This document shows, in pieces, positions 25,488-36,065 of a stretch of 64,000 nt of DNA (position 1 is the stretch's first letter; every line of letters begins with the position of its first letter). Origin of the DNA: Hyphomonadaceae bacterium. GTDB lineage: Bacteria; Pseudomonadota; Alphaproteobacteria; Caulobacterales; Hyphomonadaceae. The position numbers and the translations under genes were made by a program. The notes beneath the pieces were generated by a model. The model saw nothing but the letters and a program-made list of their open reading frames with translations, was not told where the DNA came from and did not search any database. The DNA is taken from the NCBI GenBank assembly GCA_022760335.1, contig JALEGE010000170.1, positions 18,164 to 82,163 on the forward strand. Reading direction: 5' to 3'.

Positions 25488-26864
25488 ATGACGACAGAGA
25501 TTCCCGCGCCTGAGAAGAAGCGCCTCTACATCAAGACCTATGGCTGCCAGATGAATGTGTACGACTCCGAGCGTATGCGCGATGTGCTGGCACCGCTCGG
25601 CTACGCGCCTTCCGAGACGGCGGAGGACGCTGATCTGGTTGTGCTCAACACCTGCCATATCCGCGAGAAGGCGACCGAGAAGGTCTATTCCGAGCTGGGC
25701 AAGATCAAGAAGATGAAAGAGGCCACGGGCGGGAAGATGACCATCGCCGTGGCCGGCTGCGTCGCCCAGGCCGAGGGCGCGGAGATCATGCGCCGCCAGC
25801 CTGCAGTGGACCTGGTGCTCGGCCCGCAGGCCTATCACAAGCTGCCGGAAATGGTGGCGCGGGCCTCGCGCGCGGTCGGCGACCGGCTTGAGACCGAGTT
25901 CGACACGCTGGAAAAGTTCGACGCCCTGCCCAAAACGCGCGAGGTGGATGGCCCGAGCGCATTTCTCAGCGTGCAGGAAGGTTGTGACAAGTTCTGCACT
26001 TTCTGTGTCGTGCCATACACGCGAGGGGCGGAAGTCTCGCGTACTGTTGATGATATCACGTTGGAGGCTCGCGCGCTCGCAGCGCAGGGCGTGCGCGAGA
26101 TCACGTTGCTTGGACAGAACGTCAATGCCTGGCATGGCGCCGCGCCGAGCCTGGAGGGTGGGGCGGAGTGGAGCCTTGGCGCGCTCTGCCGGCATATTGC
26201 CAAGATCGGCGGGGTGGAGCGCATCCGCTACACGACCAGCCATCCGCGCGACATGGACGAAGACCTGATCGCCGCCCATGGCGACACGCCCGCCATGATG
26301 CCCTATCTGCACCTGCCGGTGCAGTCTGGCTCCGATGCGATCCTGAAAGCCATGAACCGTGGCCACACGGCGGAGCATTATCTCAAGATCATCGAGCAGG
26401 TGCGCGCCGCGCGTCCCGATATTGCCCTGGCGTCGGATTTCATTGTCGGCTTCCCCGGCGAGCGCGAGCAGGATTTCGAGGACACGATGGAACTGGTCCG
26501 GGCGGTGAACTATGCCTCGGCCTATTCCTTCAAATATTCCCCACGTCCCGGCACGCCGGCAGCCGACATGTTCGGCCAGGTGCCTGAGGATGTAAAGGAT
26601 GAGCGCCTCCAGCGCCTGCAGGCCCTGATCCGCGAGCAGCAGACCGCCTTCAATGCCTCCAAGATTGGCCAGACCTTGCCAATCCTCGTCACCGGCAAGG
26701 GCCGGCTCGATGGCCAGCTGCATGGCCGCTCGCCCTATCTCCAGGCGGTGCATTTCGATGGCGCGGAAAGCCTGATGGGCCAGATTGTCGATGTCGAGAT
26801 TGTCGGCGCCAGCCTTAACTCGCTTACGGGGCGGCTGCCGGCATATGCGGAGGCCCGCGCTTGA
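25488..26864 (+). CDS. miaB: tRNA-2-methylthio-N6-dimethylallyladenosine synthase
   Basis: 458 aa. UPF0004 N-domain ([15 protein letters not shown]), radical-SAM motif [19 protein letters not shown] domain. Confidence 0.96.
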   Translation: MTTEIPAPEKKRLYIKTYGCQMNVYDSERMRDVLAPLGYAPSETAEDADLVVLNTCHIREKATEKVYSELGKIKKMKEATGGKMTIAVAGCVAQAEGAEIMRRQPAVDLVLGPQAYHKLPEMVARASRAVGDRLETEFDTLEKFDALPKTREVDGPSAFLSVQEGCDKFCTFCVVPYTRGAEVSRTVDDITLEARALAAQGVREITLLGQNVNAWHGAAPSLEGGAEWSLGALCRHIAKIGGVERIRYTTSHPRDMDEDLIAAHGDTPAMMPYLHLPVQSGSDAILKAMNRGHTAEHYLKIIEQVRAARPDIALASDFIVGFPGEREQDFEDTMELVRAVNYASAYSFKYSPRPGTPAADMFGQVPEDVKDERLQRLQALIREQQTAFNASKIGQTLPILVTGKGRLDGQLHGRSPYLQAVHFDGAESLMGQIVDVEIVGASLNSLTGRLPAYAEARA

Positions 26865-27844
26865 GCCTGAAACCCCGTAAGCCGCAATCGCCAGAGGTGC
26901 CCGTCAGCCGCTTTTACGAGGTATCCTCCGCAGATCGGCTCCAGGCTCTGTGCGGGCCGCATCACAAATTTCTGCAGCGTATGGAATCCAAGCTGGAAGA
27001 CCATGGCGTACGCCTGGAAAGCCAGGGCGGGGGCATCATGATCTTTGGCACCGCCGAGGGCGTCTCCATCGCCGAAGCGGCCTTTGCCGATTTCGAGCGC
27101 CGCATTCGCGAAGGCGCTTCGCCGACGGAAATGGAACTTGACGGCGCCCTTGCGGCGGCGTCCACCCCGGCGGGGGACTTCAGCAGTCTCAAGGGTCTGA
27201 AACGTCCCGTCACGCCGCAGACGCCCGGCCAGTCTTCCTATCTTTCCGCGCTGACGAAAGCTGAGAACGGCCTCTGCTTCGGCGTCGGCCCAGCCGGCAC
27301 GGGCAAGACCTATCTTGCCGTGGCTGTCGGCGTGGCCGAACTCCAGGCTGGCCTGCGCGAGCGCCTGATCGTGACCCGTCCCGCTGTGGAAGCGGGCGAA
27401 AAGCTCGGCTTCCTGCCCGGCACGCTGGAGGAGAAGGTCGACCCCTACATGCTCCCGATCTGGGATAGCTTGCGCGAACTGATGGGCCAGGAGCAGATGG
27501 AAAGGCGCATCACACGCGGCGAGATCGAGGTTGCCCCGCTCGCCTTCATGCGCGGGCGGACGCTGAAAAAGGCCTTCGTCATCGTCGATGAGGCGCAAAA
27601 CACGTCCATTCCGCAGATGAAAATGGTGCTGACGCGTCTGGGCCGGAATTCGCGCATGGTGGTGACCGGGGATATCGGACAGGTCGACTTGCCGAAATCC
27701 CAGCCTTCCGGACTGATCCATGCGCTGGATATTCTCAATGGTGTTGAAGGGGTGTCCATCACGCGCCTGACCCCGCGCGATGTGGTGCGCCATGCGCTGG
27801 TTTCGCGCATCATCGATGCTTATGCGGCAGACGGGCAGGCATGA
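26861..27844 (+). CDS. phoH: PhoH-like ATPase (YbeZ)
   Basis: Walker [20 protein letters not shown], PhoH family. TTG start overlapping the miaB stop. Confidence 0.92.
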   Translation: MSLKPRKPQSPEVPVSRFYEVSSADRLQALCGPHHKFLQRMESKLEDHGVRLESQGGGIMIFGTAEGVSIAEAAFADFERRIREGASPTEMELDGALAAASTPAGDFSSLKGLKRPVTPQTPGQSSYLSALTKAENGLCFGVGPAGTGKTYLAVAVGVAELQAGLRERLIVTRPAVEAGEKLGFLPGTLEEKVDPYMLPIWDSLRELMGQEQMERRITRGEIEVAPLAFMRGRTLKKAFVIVDEAQNTSIPQMKMVLTRLGRNSRMVVTGDIGQVDLPKSQPSGLIHALDILNGVEGVSITRLTPRDVVRHALVSRIIDAYAADGQA

Positions 27845-28299
27845 GCATACTTACTGCAGATATTCGGATTGAAGCGGATGCCTGGCAGGGGCTGGGCGAT
27901 CTCGATGCGCTTGCCGCCCGCGCGCTGGCCGCCGGCGCAGCAGAAGCGGGCCATGACAGTGGCGGCGAAATCGCCATTTTGTTCACCGGCGATGCCGCCA
28001 TGCAGGCGCTCAACCGTGACTGGCGCGGCAAGAACATGCCCACCGATGTGCTCTCTTTTCCTGCCGATGAGAGGGATGCCGGTTTCCTCGGCGATCTCGC
28101 GCTGGGCTATGAGATTTGTGCCCGCGATGCCGGCGCGCTGGACCGTGATCTTTCGGCCCATCTCACCCATTTGTTAGTCCATGGCCTCTTACATTTACTG
28201 GGCCATGATCATGAAACGGATGAAGAAGCCGAAAGGATGGAGGCGCTGGAAATCAAAGCGCTTGCCAGGCTGGGGCTTCCTGACCCATATTTGAAGTGA
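27841..28299 (+). CDS. ybeY: rRNA maturation endoribonuclease YbeY
   Basis: HLLVHGLLHLLGHDHE zinc motif. Confidence 0.95.
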   Translation: MSILTADIRIEADAWQGLGDLDALAARALAAGAAEAGHDSGGEIAILFTGDAAMQALNRDWRGKNMPTDVLSFPADERDAGFLGDLALGYEICARDAGALDRDLSAHLTHLLVHGLLHLLGHDHETDEEAERMEALEIKALARLGLPDPYLK

Positions 28300-28308
28300 T
28301 CTGAAACA

Positions 28309-29178
28309 ATGGCGATGACTGATTCTGATCCTCCTGGTGCATCTGAACCTGGCCGAAGTCGGTTGGGGCGCCTCTTCGCGTTCGCGCGCAGGCCTGCCGT
28401 GCCTGCCGAGACGCCCCCGGTCCTGAATGGACATGCCCATCCCTCGCAAATGCGCCTGCGCATTTCTGAGTTCGAGCAGGCGACCGTATCTGACGTGATG
28501 ATCCCACGCGCGGATATTGTCGCGTTGGATGTCGACTGCACGCTTGGGGAGTCGCTCGCCATCTTTGCCGAGGAAGCCCATTCCCGCCTGCCGGTCTATC
28601 GCGAAAGCCTGGATGAGCCGGTTGGCTTCGTCCATATCAAGGATGTCGTTAGTGAACTGGCGCAAGGCACGCCGCATGACGAGAAGATTCTGGACCGGAT
28701 CAAGCGCAAGATCCTGTTCGTGCCGCCCTCCATGCCGCTGGCCGGTCTGCTGGTGAAGATGCAGGCCTCGCGTATCCATCTCTCGCTTGTGGTGGATGAG
28801 TATGGCGGCACCGATGGCCTGGTTTCCCTGGAAGACCTGGTGGAAGAAATCGTCGGCGATATCGAAGATGAGCACGACGAGGAGGCGCCCAAGATCGTGC
28901 GCCGCAGCCGCAGTGTCTTCGAGGTGGATGCGCGCATGGAGATCGAGGATTTCCAGGAAGCGACGGGCCATGATCTCAGCCTGCCGGATGTGGAATACGA
29001 GATCGATACGCTGGGCGGCATCGCCTTTGCCCTGGCTGGGCGAATTCCCGTGCGAGGCGAAGTCTTGCGTCATCCTTCAGGCTGTGAAATCGAGATCATG
29101 GACGGTGACAGCCGTCGCATTCGCCGCCTGCGCCTGCGGGCAAATCCTGCGCCCACAACGAGCCTCGAAGCCAGTTGA
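28309..29178 (+). CDS. corC: HlyC/CorC family protein (CBS pair + CorC_HlyC domain)
   Basis: 289 aa. CBS-pair region and a C-terminal transporter-associated domain. Conserved position in the miaB-ybeY-lnt cluster. Confidence 0.9.
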   Translation: MAMTDSDPPGASEPGRSRLGRLFAFARRPAVPAETPPVLNGHAHPSQMRLRISEFEQATVSDVMIPRADIVALDVDCTLGESLAIFAEEAHSRLPVYRESLDEPVGFVHIKDVVSELAQGTPHDEKILDRIKRKILFVPPSMPLAGLLVKMQASRIHLSLVVDEYGGTDGLVSLEDLVEEIVGDIEDEHDEEAPKIVRRSRSVFEVDARMEIEDFQEATGHDLSLPDVEYEIDTLGGIAFALAGRIPVRGEVLRHPSGCEIEIMDGDSRRIRRLRLRANPAPTTSLEAS

Positions 29179-30827
29179 TGACCTCACAGACCCGCAGCCA
29201 TGGAGTGACCCTGCTTGGTCCTCTCCATGAAACCCTTGCGCGCGCCACCGGCTGGAAGGCGCTGTTCTTCGCCGCGCTGCTCGGGGCCTTCGCCGGTCTT
29301 GCTTATGCGCCGTTCCATCTCACCCTGGCTCTGGCCGTCAGCCTGATTGGACTGGTCTGGATGGTGGATGGCGCGCGCGGGCAACAGCGCTGGGGGCGGG
29401 CCGTGTTCGCGCGGGGCTGGGCCTTCGGCTTTGGTCATTTCCTGGTCTCGATGCACTGGACCGCCGCACCTTTCCTCGTTGAGCCGGAAAAGCACGCCAT
29501 TTTCCTTTGGATGCCGCTGATCTTGTTGCCGGGTGGCATGGCGCTGATCTGGGGCGCGGCCATGTCCATGGCGGGTGCTTTCTGGTCAGCTTCGCCCTCC
29601 AGAATCTTCATCTTCACGCTTTTCTTCGCCATGGCCGAGTGGGTGCGGGGCAGTCTGTTTGGTGGGTTCCCCTGGAACCTGGCCGGCACGAGCTGGATGC
29701 CGGGCGGGGCGATTTCCCAGGCTGCCAGTCTTGGCGGAGTTTATTGGCTGACTGTGCTGACCCTGTTTGCCTGCGCGGCAGGCGCGGCGCTGGTCGATAC
29801 GCGTGACACGCGCGGGCTTGCGGGGCGGTTCATGCCGCTTCTGGTGGCGATTTTCGGCCTGGCTGGCCTATGGGCCTGGGGCGCACAGCGCCTGACAGAG
29901 CTGCCTAGCGAGACCGATGTGGACATCGTGTTGATGGATGTCGGTGTGCCTCAGGCAGAGAAGTATATCAATGGCCGGCCAAACCCGGCCGTCTTGCGCC
30001 GCTATCTGGAATTTCTGCGTGATATTCCCGCCCGGCCAAGTGATGTGGTGATCTGGCCGGAGGGCGCGACCGGGGGTTATCTCCTCGGTGCGCAACAGAT
30101 TGAGCCCGTGGCGGAATATCTGGATGATCGAACGCTGATCGCCGGGACGGTGCGGTATGCGTCGGGCACCCAGGGGGAGGCATGGTACAATTCCCTCGCC
30201 GTGTTGACTCAGGAGAGTGCTCGCACAGGGGCTGCAGGGCTTTACGACAAGCATCGCCTGGTGCCGATGGGCGAATTGCCCCTGTCGCGGGTCTTGCCCT
30301 TTGGCGAGCAGATCTCCGGAATTCTTCCGGGCGCGCTGCAACGGATGGCAACCAGTGGTTTTGATCCGGGCGTTGGCCCAAGCCTGGTTTATGGTGACAC
30401 CGTGCCGCCCTTTGTGGCGATGATCTGCTATGAGGCGCTTTACCCGAACATCGTCACCGATGCCCAGATTACGGCGGGTCAGCGCGCGGAGTGGATTGTG
30501 GTGGTTTCCAATGATGGCTGGTTTGGCGCCCTCATTGGGCCTGCCCAGCACTATGCACAAAACCGATATCGGGCAATCGAAGCGGGTTTGCCATTGGCCC
30601 GGGTCGCTGCGCGAGGTACATCTGCAGTTGTTGACGGTATGGGCCGAGAAGTTCTGCGCACGAAGGGACTGCGCCAAGATATTGAAGGTTGGCGCGGGCA
30701 AGTGGGGCGGACCCGCTTACCAGCTCCACTTGCAAAACCTCTTTTTCAATCACGTGCAGGGCAGGCTCTTTTTCCCGTAACACTAGTGTTACTTTCAGTA
30801 TTCGGCTTCCTTGCTTGGAAAAGGTGA
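29178..30827 (+). CDS. lnt: Apolipoprotein N-acyltransferase
   Basis: Multi-TM N-terminus plus a CN-hydrolase domain (VVIWPEGA, KHRLVPMGE, ICYEALYP). ATG overlaps the corC stop (TGATG). Confidence 0.93.
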   Translation: MTSQTRSHGVTLLGPLHETLARATGWKALFFAALLGAFAGLAYAPFHLTLALAVSLIGLVWMVDGARGQQRWGRAVFARGWAFGFGHFLVSMHWTAAPFLVEPEKHAIFLWMPLILLPGGMALIWGAAMSMAGAFWSASPSRIFIFTLFFAMAEWVRGSLFGGFPWNLAGTSWMPGGAISQAASLGGVYWLTVLTLFACAAGAALVDTRDTRGLAGRFMPLLVAIFGLAGLWAWGAQRLTELPSETDVDIVLMDVGVPQAEKYINGRPNPAVLRRYLEFLRDIPARPSDVVIWPEGATGGYLLGAQQIEPVAEYLDDRTLIAGTVRYASGTQGEAWYNSLAVLTQESARTGAAGLYDKHRLVPMGELPLSRVLPFGEQISGILPGALQRMATSGFDPGVGPSLVYGDTVPPFVAMICYEALYPNIVTDAQITAGQRAEWIVVVSNDGWFGALIGPAQHYAQNRYRAIEAGLPLARVAARGTSAVVDGMGREVLRTKGLRQDIEGWRGQVGRTRLPAPLAKPLFQSRAGQALFPVTLVLLSVFGFLAWKR

Positions 30828-30923
30828 GTCAACGCTCAATGCAAAAACTGACATAAGCTATTTCAATTTATGCAACATTTGCCTAGAACAGCGGTTTCCC
30901 AAAAAGCTTTTGGTGAATATCAT

Positions 30924-31349
30924 ATGTCAGAGAGTAAACTTCCAAGCGATATAGATCGCATTGTTGGACAACGGGTTCGTTGGCGTCGGCGTGAACTGAA
31001 GCTGACTCAAGAAAAGCTCGGCGATCTTCTCGATCTTACCTTTCAGCAGGTCCAGAAATACGAAAAGGGTGTGAACAGGATCTCTGCCGGTCGGCTGTAT
31101 GAAATGGCCACTGTCCTGGGTGTGCCGGTTTCATACTTCTACGACGGCGCCGAAGATCATATTCAGTCGACACGGGATGCGCTTCGGGAAAGTGACCATG
31201 CTGCATCTGCCCCGGTCTTGTCCTCAGAGACTATGGAACTGATTGCCGCCTTTCAGAGGATCAACGACCCGATTTTGCGTAAAAGCCTGCTTGCCACTGT
31301 AAAAGCTGCGGCTGGGGCGCTTGAGATCGACGAAAAAGAGCCTGACTAA
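30924..31349 (+). CDS. XRE-family helix-turn-helix transcriptional regulator
   Basis: IGQRVRWRRRELKLTQEKLGDLLDLTFQQVQKYEKGVNRISAGRLYEMATVLGV. Start chosen at MSESKL; the track ORF starts at 30870. Confidence 0.85.
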   Translation: MSESKLPSDIDRIVGQRVRWRRRELKLTQEKLGDLLDLTFQQVQKYEKGVNRISAGRLYEMATVLGVPVSYFYDGAEDHIQSTRDALRESDHAASAPVLSSETMELIAAFQRINDPILRKSLLATVKAAAGALEIDEKEPD

Positions 31350-32155
31350 ACCTTGGACAGGTTCAGATTCACGCTGATTGGAGCGTGATCGGAAGGTTTC
31401 CAGCCACCGCGCCAGGCAAGATGAACTCTGTGGCTGCTCGGCGTCACCAGAGACATGGCATCGGGATTTGCCCAGATATGATCCAGCCGCCGGCCACGGT
31501 TTGATGCTGCCCAATCCTTTGAGCGATAGCTCCACCAAGTGTAGAGTTTTTGGGTGTCTTCGATGCCTTGTCGGCCGAGATCGAAGAAGTTTCCCGCGCT
31601 CAAAACGCCACCAAGAGCTTCGGTCTCCACCGGCGTATGGGACACCACTTTCAGCATCTGTTTGTGCGACCAGACATCATTTTCATGCGGCGCGACATTG
31701 AGATCACCAAGGATCACCAGGGGGTGCTTCGTCCCACGACCGTAATGCTCGGCCATGCGGGCGATGAAATCCAGCTTGTGCGCAAACTTGTCATTGGCAT
31801 CGGCGTCGGGCACATCGCCGCCAGCGGGCAGGTAGATATTGTGCAGCTCCAGCTCGCCCACGCGCACGGCCACGATGCGGGCATGGCCTTCCCGGCAAAG
31901 CTCGGGCACCTCAATTTGCTCAATTGGCAGGCGCGAGGCGATGGCGACACCATGATGGCCTCCGCCCTGGCCGAGCAGTGCGAGATGCGGCAGGCCCATC
32001 TCGGCAAAAGCTTTGGTAGGAAACTCCTCGTCGCGACACTTGGTTTCCTGAAGGCAGATAATATCCGGCGCTTCGGCCTCAACAAAGGCGGTGACATTTG
32101 GTGCGCGAAGCCGCACGGAATTGATATTCCACGAAACAAGCTTGAGATCAGTCAT
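31346..32155 (-). CDS. xthA: Exodeoxyribonuclease III
   Basis: LKLVSWNINSVRLR...ICLQETK...DHAP motifs of the EEP/ExoIII family. Start at MTDLKL. Confidence 0.93.
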   Translation of the reverse strand: MTDLKLVSWNINSVRLRAPNVTAFVEAEAPDIICLQETKCRDEEFPTKAFAEMGLPHLALLGQGGGHHGVAIASRLPIEQIEVPELCREGHARIVAVRVGELELHNIYLPAGGDVPDADANDKFAHKLDFIARMAEHYGRGTKHPLVILGDLNVAPHENDVWSHKQMLKVVSHTPVETEALGGVLSAGNFFDLGRQGIEDTQKLYTWWSYRSKDWAASNRGRRLDHIWANPDAMSLVTPSSHRVHLAWRGGWKPSDHAPISVNLNLSKV

Positions 32156-32196
32156 GGCGGCAGGCCATGGCATGGTCCGCGCGAAAAGACCAGAAG

Positions 32197-33093
32197 CTAT
32201 CCGCGCGGATGGGCGGCGGCGACAATGCCGGCCAGGCTCGCCTCATCCACCCCGGTATAGACCTGCGTGGTCGACAGGCTTGCATGGCCGAGCAGGACCT
32301 GGATCGCGCGCAGGTCTGCCCCGCCGGCCAGAAGATGCGTGGCGAACGCATGTCGCAAGGCATGGGGGGTGGCGGTGTCGGGAAGGCCGAGCGCGCCGCG
32401 CAGATGCTGAACCAGGCCTTGTACCTGTCGCGGGTTCAGCGCCCCGCCGCGCACGCCGCGAAACAACGGGGCAGAAGGCGACAAGGCAAATGGTGCGAGC
32501 GAGGCGTAGGCGTCGATGGCCGCGCGCACCTGCGGGATCAAGGGTACGATACGCACCTTGCCGCCTTTGCCGTGAATGCGCAGACGGTCTGGCGCCGGCA
32601 AAACGGCGCCGGTCAGACCAAGCGCTTCGGAGATCCGCAGGCCCGCGCCGTAAAGCATGCACAGGATGGCCATGTCGCGTGCGCCGATCCAGGCTTCGCT
32701 GGCATGATCCTCGGCCAGGGAGATCATCTCCTTTGCGGCGACCTGGGAGACAGGGCGCGGCAAGCGGCGACCGCGCTTCGGTCCTTCCAGATAGGCGATC
32801 TCGGCATTCTCGATGCCGTGAACACGCTCCAGCCAGCGATACAGCGCCTTTATCGCGGACAGGGCGCGGGCAATCGAGGCGTCCGAGAGGCCATCACGGC
32901 GGCGCCGCGCAAGATAGGCGCGGATATCGCGTGCACCGAGCCCCGCCAGGACGCGCGGGCCGATTTCAGTTTCCAGATAGCCATTGAGAAAGCCGAAAAA
33001 ACTGGCCAAGTCTGACGTGTAGGCCTCAAGCGTATTTTCCGCGAGGCCGCGCTCATCGCGGATATGGCCGAGAAAGGCGTTGAGAAGCTCCAT
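32197..33093 (-). CDS. xerC: Tyrosine site-specific recombinase of the XerC/XerD family (XerC-like; the subtype is tentative)
   Basis: 298 aa. N-terminal SAM-like domain (GLAENTLEAYTSDL, ARRRRDGLSDASIARALSAIKALYRWL). C-terminal HALRHAFATHLL..LLGHASLSTTQVYT containing the catalytic Tyr. Confidence 0.85.
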   Translation of the reverse strand: MELLNAFLGHIRDERGLAENTLEAYTSDLASFFGFLNGYLETEIGPRVLAGLGARDIRAYLARRRRDGLSDASIARALSAIKALYRWLERVHGIENAEIAYLEGPKRGRRLPRPVSQVAAKEMISLAEDHASEAWIGARDMAILCMLYGAGLRISEALGLTGAVLPAPDRLRIHGKGGKVRIVPLIPQVRAAIDAYASLAPFALSPSAPLFRGVRGGALNPRQVQGLVQHLRGALGLPDTATPHALRHAFATHLLAGGADLRAIQVLLGHASLSTTQVYTGVDEASLAGIVAAAHPRG

Positions 33094-33178
33094 GCGCTGT
33101 CTTCACATGAGCTGAGTTAAAGGGGCCTTTCACCTCGCCCCGTTGCAGGCGCGTGGCTTTTGAGGCACCAGTGGCGCC

Positions 33179-34465
33179 ATGAACATGCAAACTGATATCA
33201 AGGACCCGGCGCTTGCCGCCGAGATGATCGAAATGGGCGCGCGTGCCCGCAAGGCTTCGGCTGCGATGGCGACCTTGCCGGCAGAGCGCCGTACCGAGGG
33301 CCTTCAGGCCATGGCGAGCGCCATTGAGGCCGCCGCGCAGAAAATCCTCGCCGCCAACGCCGAAGACCTCGCCCAGGGCCGGGCAAAGGAGCTTAGTCCT
33401 GCACTAATGGATCGGCTGGCGCTGGATGAAGCGCGCATCGCTTCTGTCGCTGAGGGCTTGCGCGCTATTGCCGAGCTGCCCGACCCCGTTGGCCGTGAAC
33501 TGGCGCGCTGGACCCGGCCCAACGGGCTGGACATTGCGCGCGTTTCCGTGCCGCTCGGCGTCATCGGCATCATCTATGAGAGCCGGCCGAATGTGACCGC
33601 CGATGCCGCCGCGCTGTGCGTGCGTTCGGGCAATGCGGTGATCCTGCGCTGTGGGTCGGAAAGCCTGAACTCTTCCACGGCGATTGCCGAAGCCATGCGC
33701 GGCGCGCTGAAAGCCTCTGGGCTCCCGGAAGACGCGATCCAACTGGTTTCGACTCGCGACCGTGCCGCGGTGGGCCATATGCTGACGGGTCTCAATGGTC
33801 AGCTGGACGTTGTGGTTCCGCGTGGTGGCAAAGGCCTTGTCCAGCGCGTGCAGGACGAAGCCCGCGTGCCTGTGATCGGCCATCTGGAAGGGCTTTGTCA
33901 TATGTATGTCGACCGCGCGGCCGACCCGCAAATGGCGGTCGACCTGGTGCTGAATGCCAAGATGCGCCGCACGGGCATTTGTGGCGCGCTGGAGACCCTG
34001 CTGGTGGATGCAGCCGTCGCGCCGGATCTGTTGCCGAAAATTGCTGCGCCATTGCTGGAAGCCGAGTGCGAGCTGCGCGGGGATGCGGCGGCATGTGAGC
34101 TGGTGCCGGCCATGACGCTGGCCACCGATGAGGACTGGCGCACCGAATATCTCGCGCCGATCCTGTCGGTGCGCATTGTCGATGGCCTCGACGGCGCCAT
34201 CGCGCATATCGCTGACTATGGCACCGGTCATACCGAGAGCATCGTCACCGAGGATGCAGAGGTGGCGGCACGCTTCGCAAATGAGGTCGATGCCGGGATT
34301 ATCATGCTCAATGCGTCCACTCAGTTTGCCGATGGCGGCGAGTTTGGCATGGGCGCTGAAATTGGCATTTCCACGGGCCGCATCCATGCGCGCGGACCGG
34401 TGGGTGCAGAGCAGCTGACCATTTTCAAGTATGTGGTGCATGGCGCCGGGCAGACCCGCCCCTGA
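33179..34465 (+). CDS. proA: Glutamate-5-semialdehyde dehydrogenase
   Basis: 428 aa. ALDH-type fold; IIYESRPNVT, CNA-like MLNASTQFADGGEFG. Confidence 0.95.
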   Translation: MNMQTDIKDPALAAEMIEMGARARKASAAMATLPAERRTEGLQAMASAIEAAAQKILAANAEDLAQGRAKELSPALMDRLALDEARIASVAEGLRAIAELPDPVGRELARWTRPNGLDIARVSVPLGVIGIIYESRPNVTADAAALCVRSGNAVILRCGSESLNSSTAIAEAMRGALKASGLPEDAIQLVSTRDRAAVGHMLTGLNGQLDVVVPRGGKGLVQRVQDEARVPVIGHLEGLCHMYVDRAADPQMAVDLVLNAKMRRTGICGALETLLVDAAVAPDLLPKIAAPLLEAECELRGDAAACELVPAMTLATDEDWRTEYLAPILSVRIVDGLDGAIAHIADYGTGHTESIVTEDAEVAARFANEVDAGIIMLNASTQFADGGEFGMGAEIGISTGRIHARGPVGAEQLTIFKYVVHGAGQTRP

Positions 34466-35088
34466 TGACGATCGCGCATTTGCCCGGTCCGACGCGCGGG
34501 CTGCGGATCGGCCTTTTCGGAGGCAGTTTCAATCCCGCCCATGAAGGGCATCTGCACGTTGCGGAGACTGCGCTGCACCGGCTACAGCTGGATGCGGTCT
34601 GGTGGTTGGTGGCCGGGGGCAATCCGCTGAAGGAGACCCATGGCGTGTTCGAAGCGCGCCTGGCTTCGGCCCGGCGTCTGGCGCGTGGCCCCAATATGCG
34701 CGTGACCAGCCTGGAGCGGACCCTGGGCGTGCGCTACACCGCTGACCTCCTGGAAAAGCTGTTGCCACGCGCGCGCGGCGCCCGTTTTGTCTGGATCATG
34801 GGCGCAGACAATCTGGGCCACTTCCATCGTTGGGGGCGTTGGGATGAGATTGCCTGCCGCATGCCGATCGCTGTCGTGGGGCGCCCCGGCGCCAGCCCGA
34901 AGGCGGGGCTGTCGAAATTCGCCCGACGGTTCGCTGCCGCGCGCCTGCCCGAGCATGCCGCCCCTGCGCTGCCTTTTGCGGATGCCCCGGCCTGGACCTA
35001 TCTTACCGCGCCCTGGCACACCGCTTCTTCCACCGCACTGCGCCGGCGTGCAGCCGCCCGTAACCCCTTTCGACGCAAGAGCCGATAA
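34465..35088 (+). CDS. nadD: Nicotinate-nucleotide adenylyltransferase
   Basis: GLFGGSFNPAHEGHLHVAE (HxGH motif). TGATG overlap with proA. Confidence 0.92.
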   Translation: MTIAHLPGPTRGLRIGLFGGSFNPAHEGHLHVAETALHRLQLDAVWWLVAGGNPLKETHGVFEARLASARRLARGPNMRVTSLERTLGVRYTADLLEKLLPRARGARFVWIMGADNLGHFHRWGRWDEIACRMPIAVVGRPGASPKAGLSKFARRFAAARLPEHAAPALPFADAPAWTYLTAPWHTASSTALRRRAAARNPFRRKSR

Positions 35089-35201
35089 CCACCTCAAGTG
35101 GCTGGAGCAGGCTGGCGAGGCGTGTTATGCAGACCTATGGGAATCAGCAAAAGGACTTGAGAACCCTGACTGCCACTTCACAGCGTGAGCCCGGTGCCGA
35201 A

Positions 35202-35558
35202 ATGGCCACCGACAAGAGTGACGAGATTTGCGAGGCGGTGTTGACCAGCCTTGAGGACGACAAGGCCGAAGACGTGCTTGTTCTCGATCTCGCGGGTAAA
35301 TCCACCATTGCAGACCAGATGATCATCGCCTCGGGTCGATCCGCTCGGCATGTGTCCTCCCTGGCCGATCATATCCAGCGAAAGATCAAGGAACTGGGCG
35401 GCAAGCGCGCGCGGGTTGAAGGCTTGCCCAATGCCGACTGGGTGCTGATTGATACTGGCGACCTGATCGTTCATCTCTTCCGTCCGGAAGTGCGCGAATT
35501 CTATGATCTCGAACGCATCTGGGCCGGCCCGTCCGCAGGCGGCGCCACGCGCCATTAG
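35202..35558 (+). CDS. rsfS: Ribosome silencing factor RsfS (iojap family)
   Basis: LEDDKAEDVLVLDLAGKSTIADQMIIASGRSARHV...DWVLIDTGDLIVHLF. Start at MATDKS; the track ORF runs from 35127. Confidence 0.9.
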   Translation: MATDKSDEICEAVLTSLEDDKAEDVLVLDLAGKSTIADQMIIASGRSARHVSSLADHIQRKIKELGGKRARVEGLPNADWVLIDTGDLIVHLFRPEVREFYDLERIWAGPSAGGATRH

Positions 35559-35567
35559 GCCGCCGGA

Positions 35568-36032
35568 TTGAAACTCCACATCGTCACCATCGGCCAGGTC
35601 CGCAAGGGGCCTGAGCGGGAAATGGTGGACGACTATATCGCCCGATTCGAACGCACTGGCCGCCAGATCGGCTTTCGCGGCCTGATTGAACATGAGCTGA
35701 GCTCGGGCGGTGGGGAAGATGCCGAGGCAGAGCGGCTGCTCGCGCGCTGCCCGTATGGCGCGCGGATCGCGATGTTGGACGAGCGTGGCAAGACCTGGGG
35801 GTCTGAAGCCTTTTCTGGCTGGTTGGGCGAGCTGCGCGATGGGGGCGAGCGCGATCTCTGTTTCCTCATTGGCGGTGCGGCCGGTCATGGCCAGGCTGTG
35901 CGGGCGGCGGCGCAACACAAACTGGCTTTCGGTCCGCAGACCTGGCCCCACAAACTGGTGCGCGTGATGCTGGCCGAACAGCTTTATCGCGCCGCGACCT
36001 TGCTGGCCGGCACGCCCTATCACAAGGTGTAG
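35568..36032 (+). CDS. rlmH: 23S rRNA (pseudouridine1915-N3)-methyltransferase
   Basis: 154 aa SPOUT family; LDERGKTWGSEAFS...FLIGGAAGH. TTG start. Confidence 0.92.
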   Translation: MKLHIVTIGQVRKGPEREMVDDYIARFERTGRQIGFRGLIEHELSSGGGEDAEAERLLARCPYGARIAMLDERGKTWGSEAFSGWLGELRDGGERDLCFLIGGAAGHGQAVRAAAQHKLAFGPQTWPHKLVRVMLAEQLYRAATLLAGTPYHKV

Positions 36033-36065
36033 GGCATGCTCATAGAGCCTTGGCCGGCTCTAGCG

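Noticed and set aside
25458-26753. 431-aa minus-strand ORF
   Set aside because: It lies antisense to miaB, which has radical-SAM and TRAM motifs on the plus strand.
32197-33093. Tyrosine recombinase considered as an island integrase that might explain the cassettes
   Set aside because: It has XerC/XerD length and motifs and is flanked by housekeeping genes (xthA, proA). It is far from every cassette junction, so it is most likely the chromosomal dimer-resolution recombinase.
33404-34441. 345-aa minus-strand ORF
   Set aside because: It lies antisense to proA.
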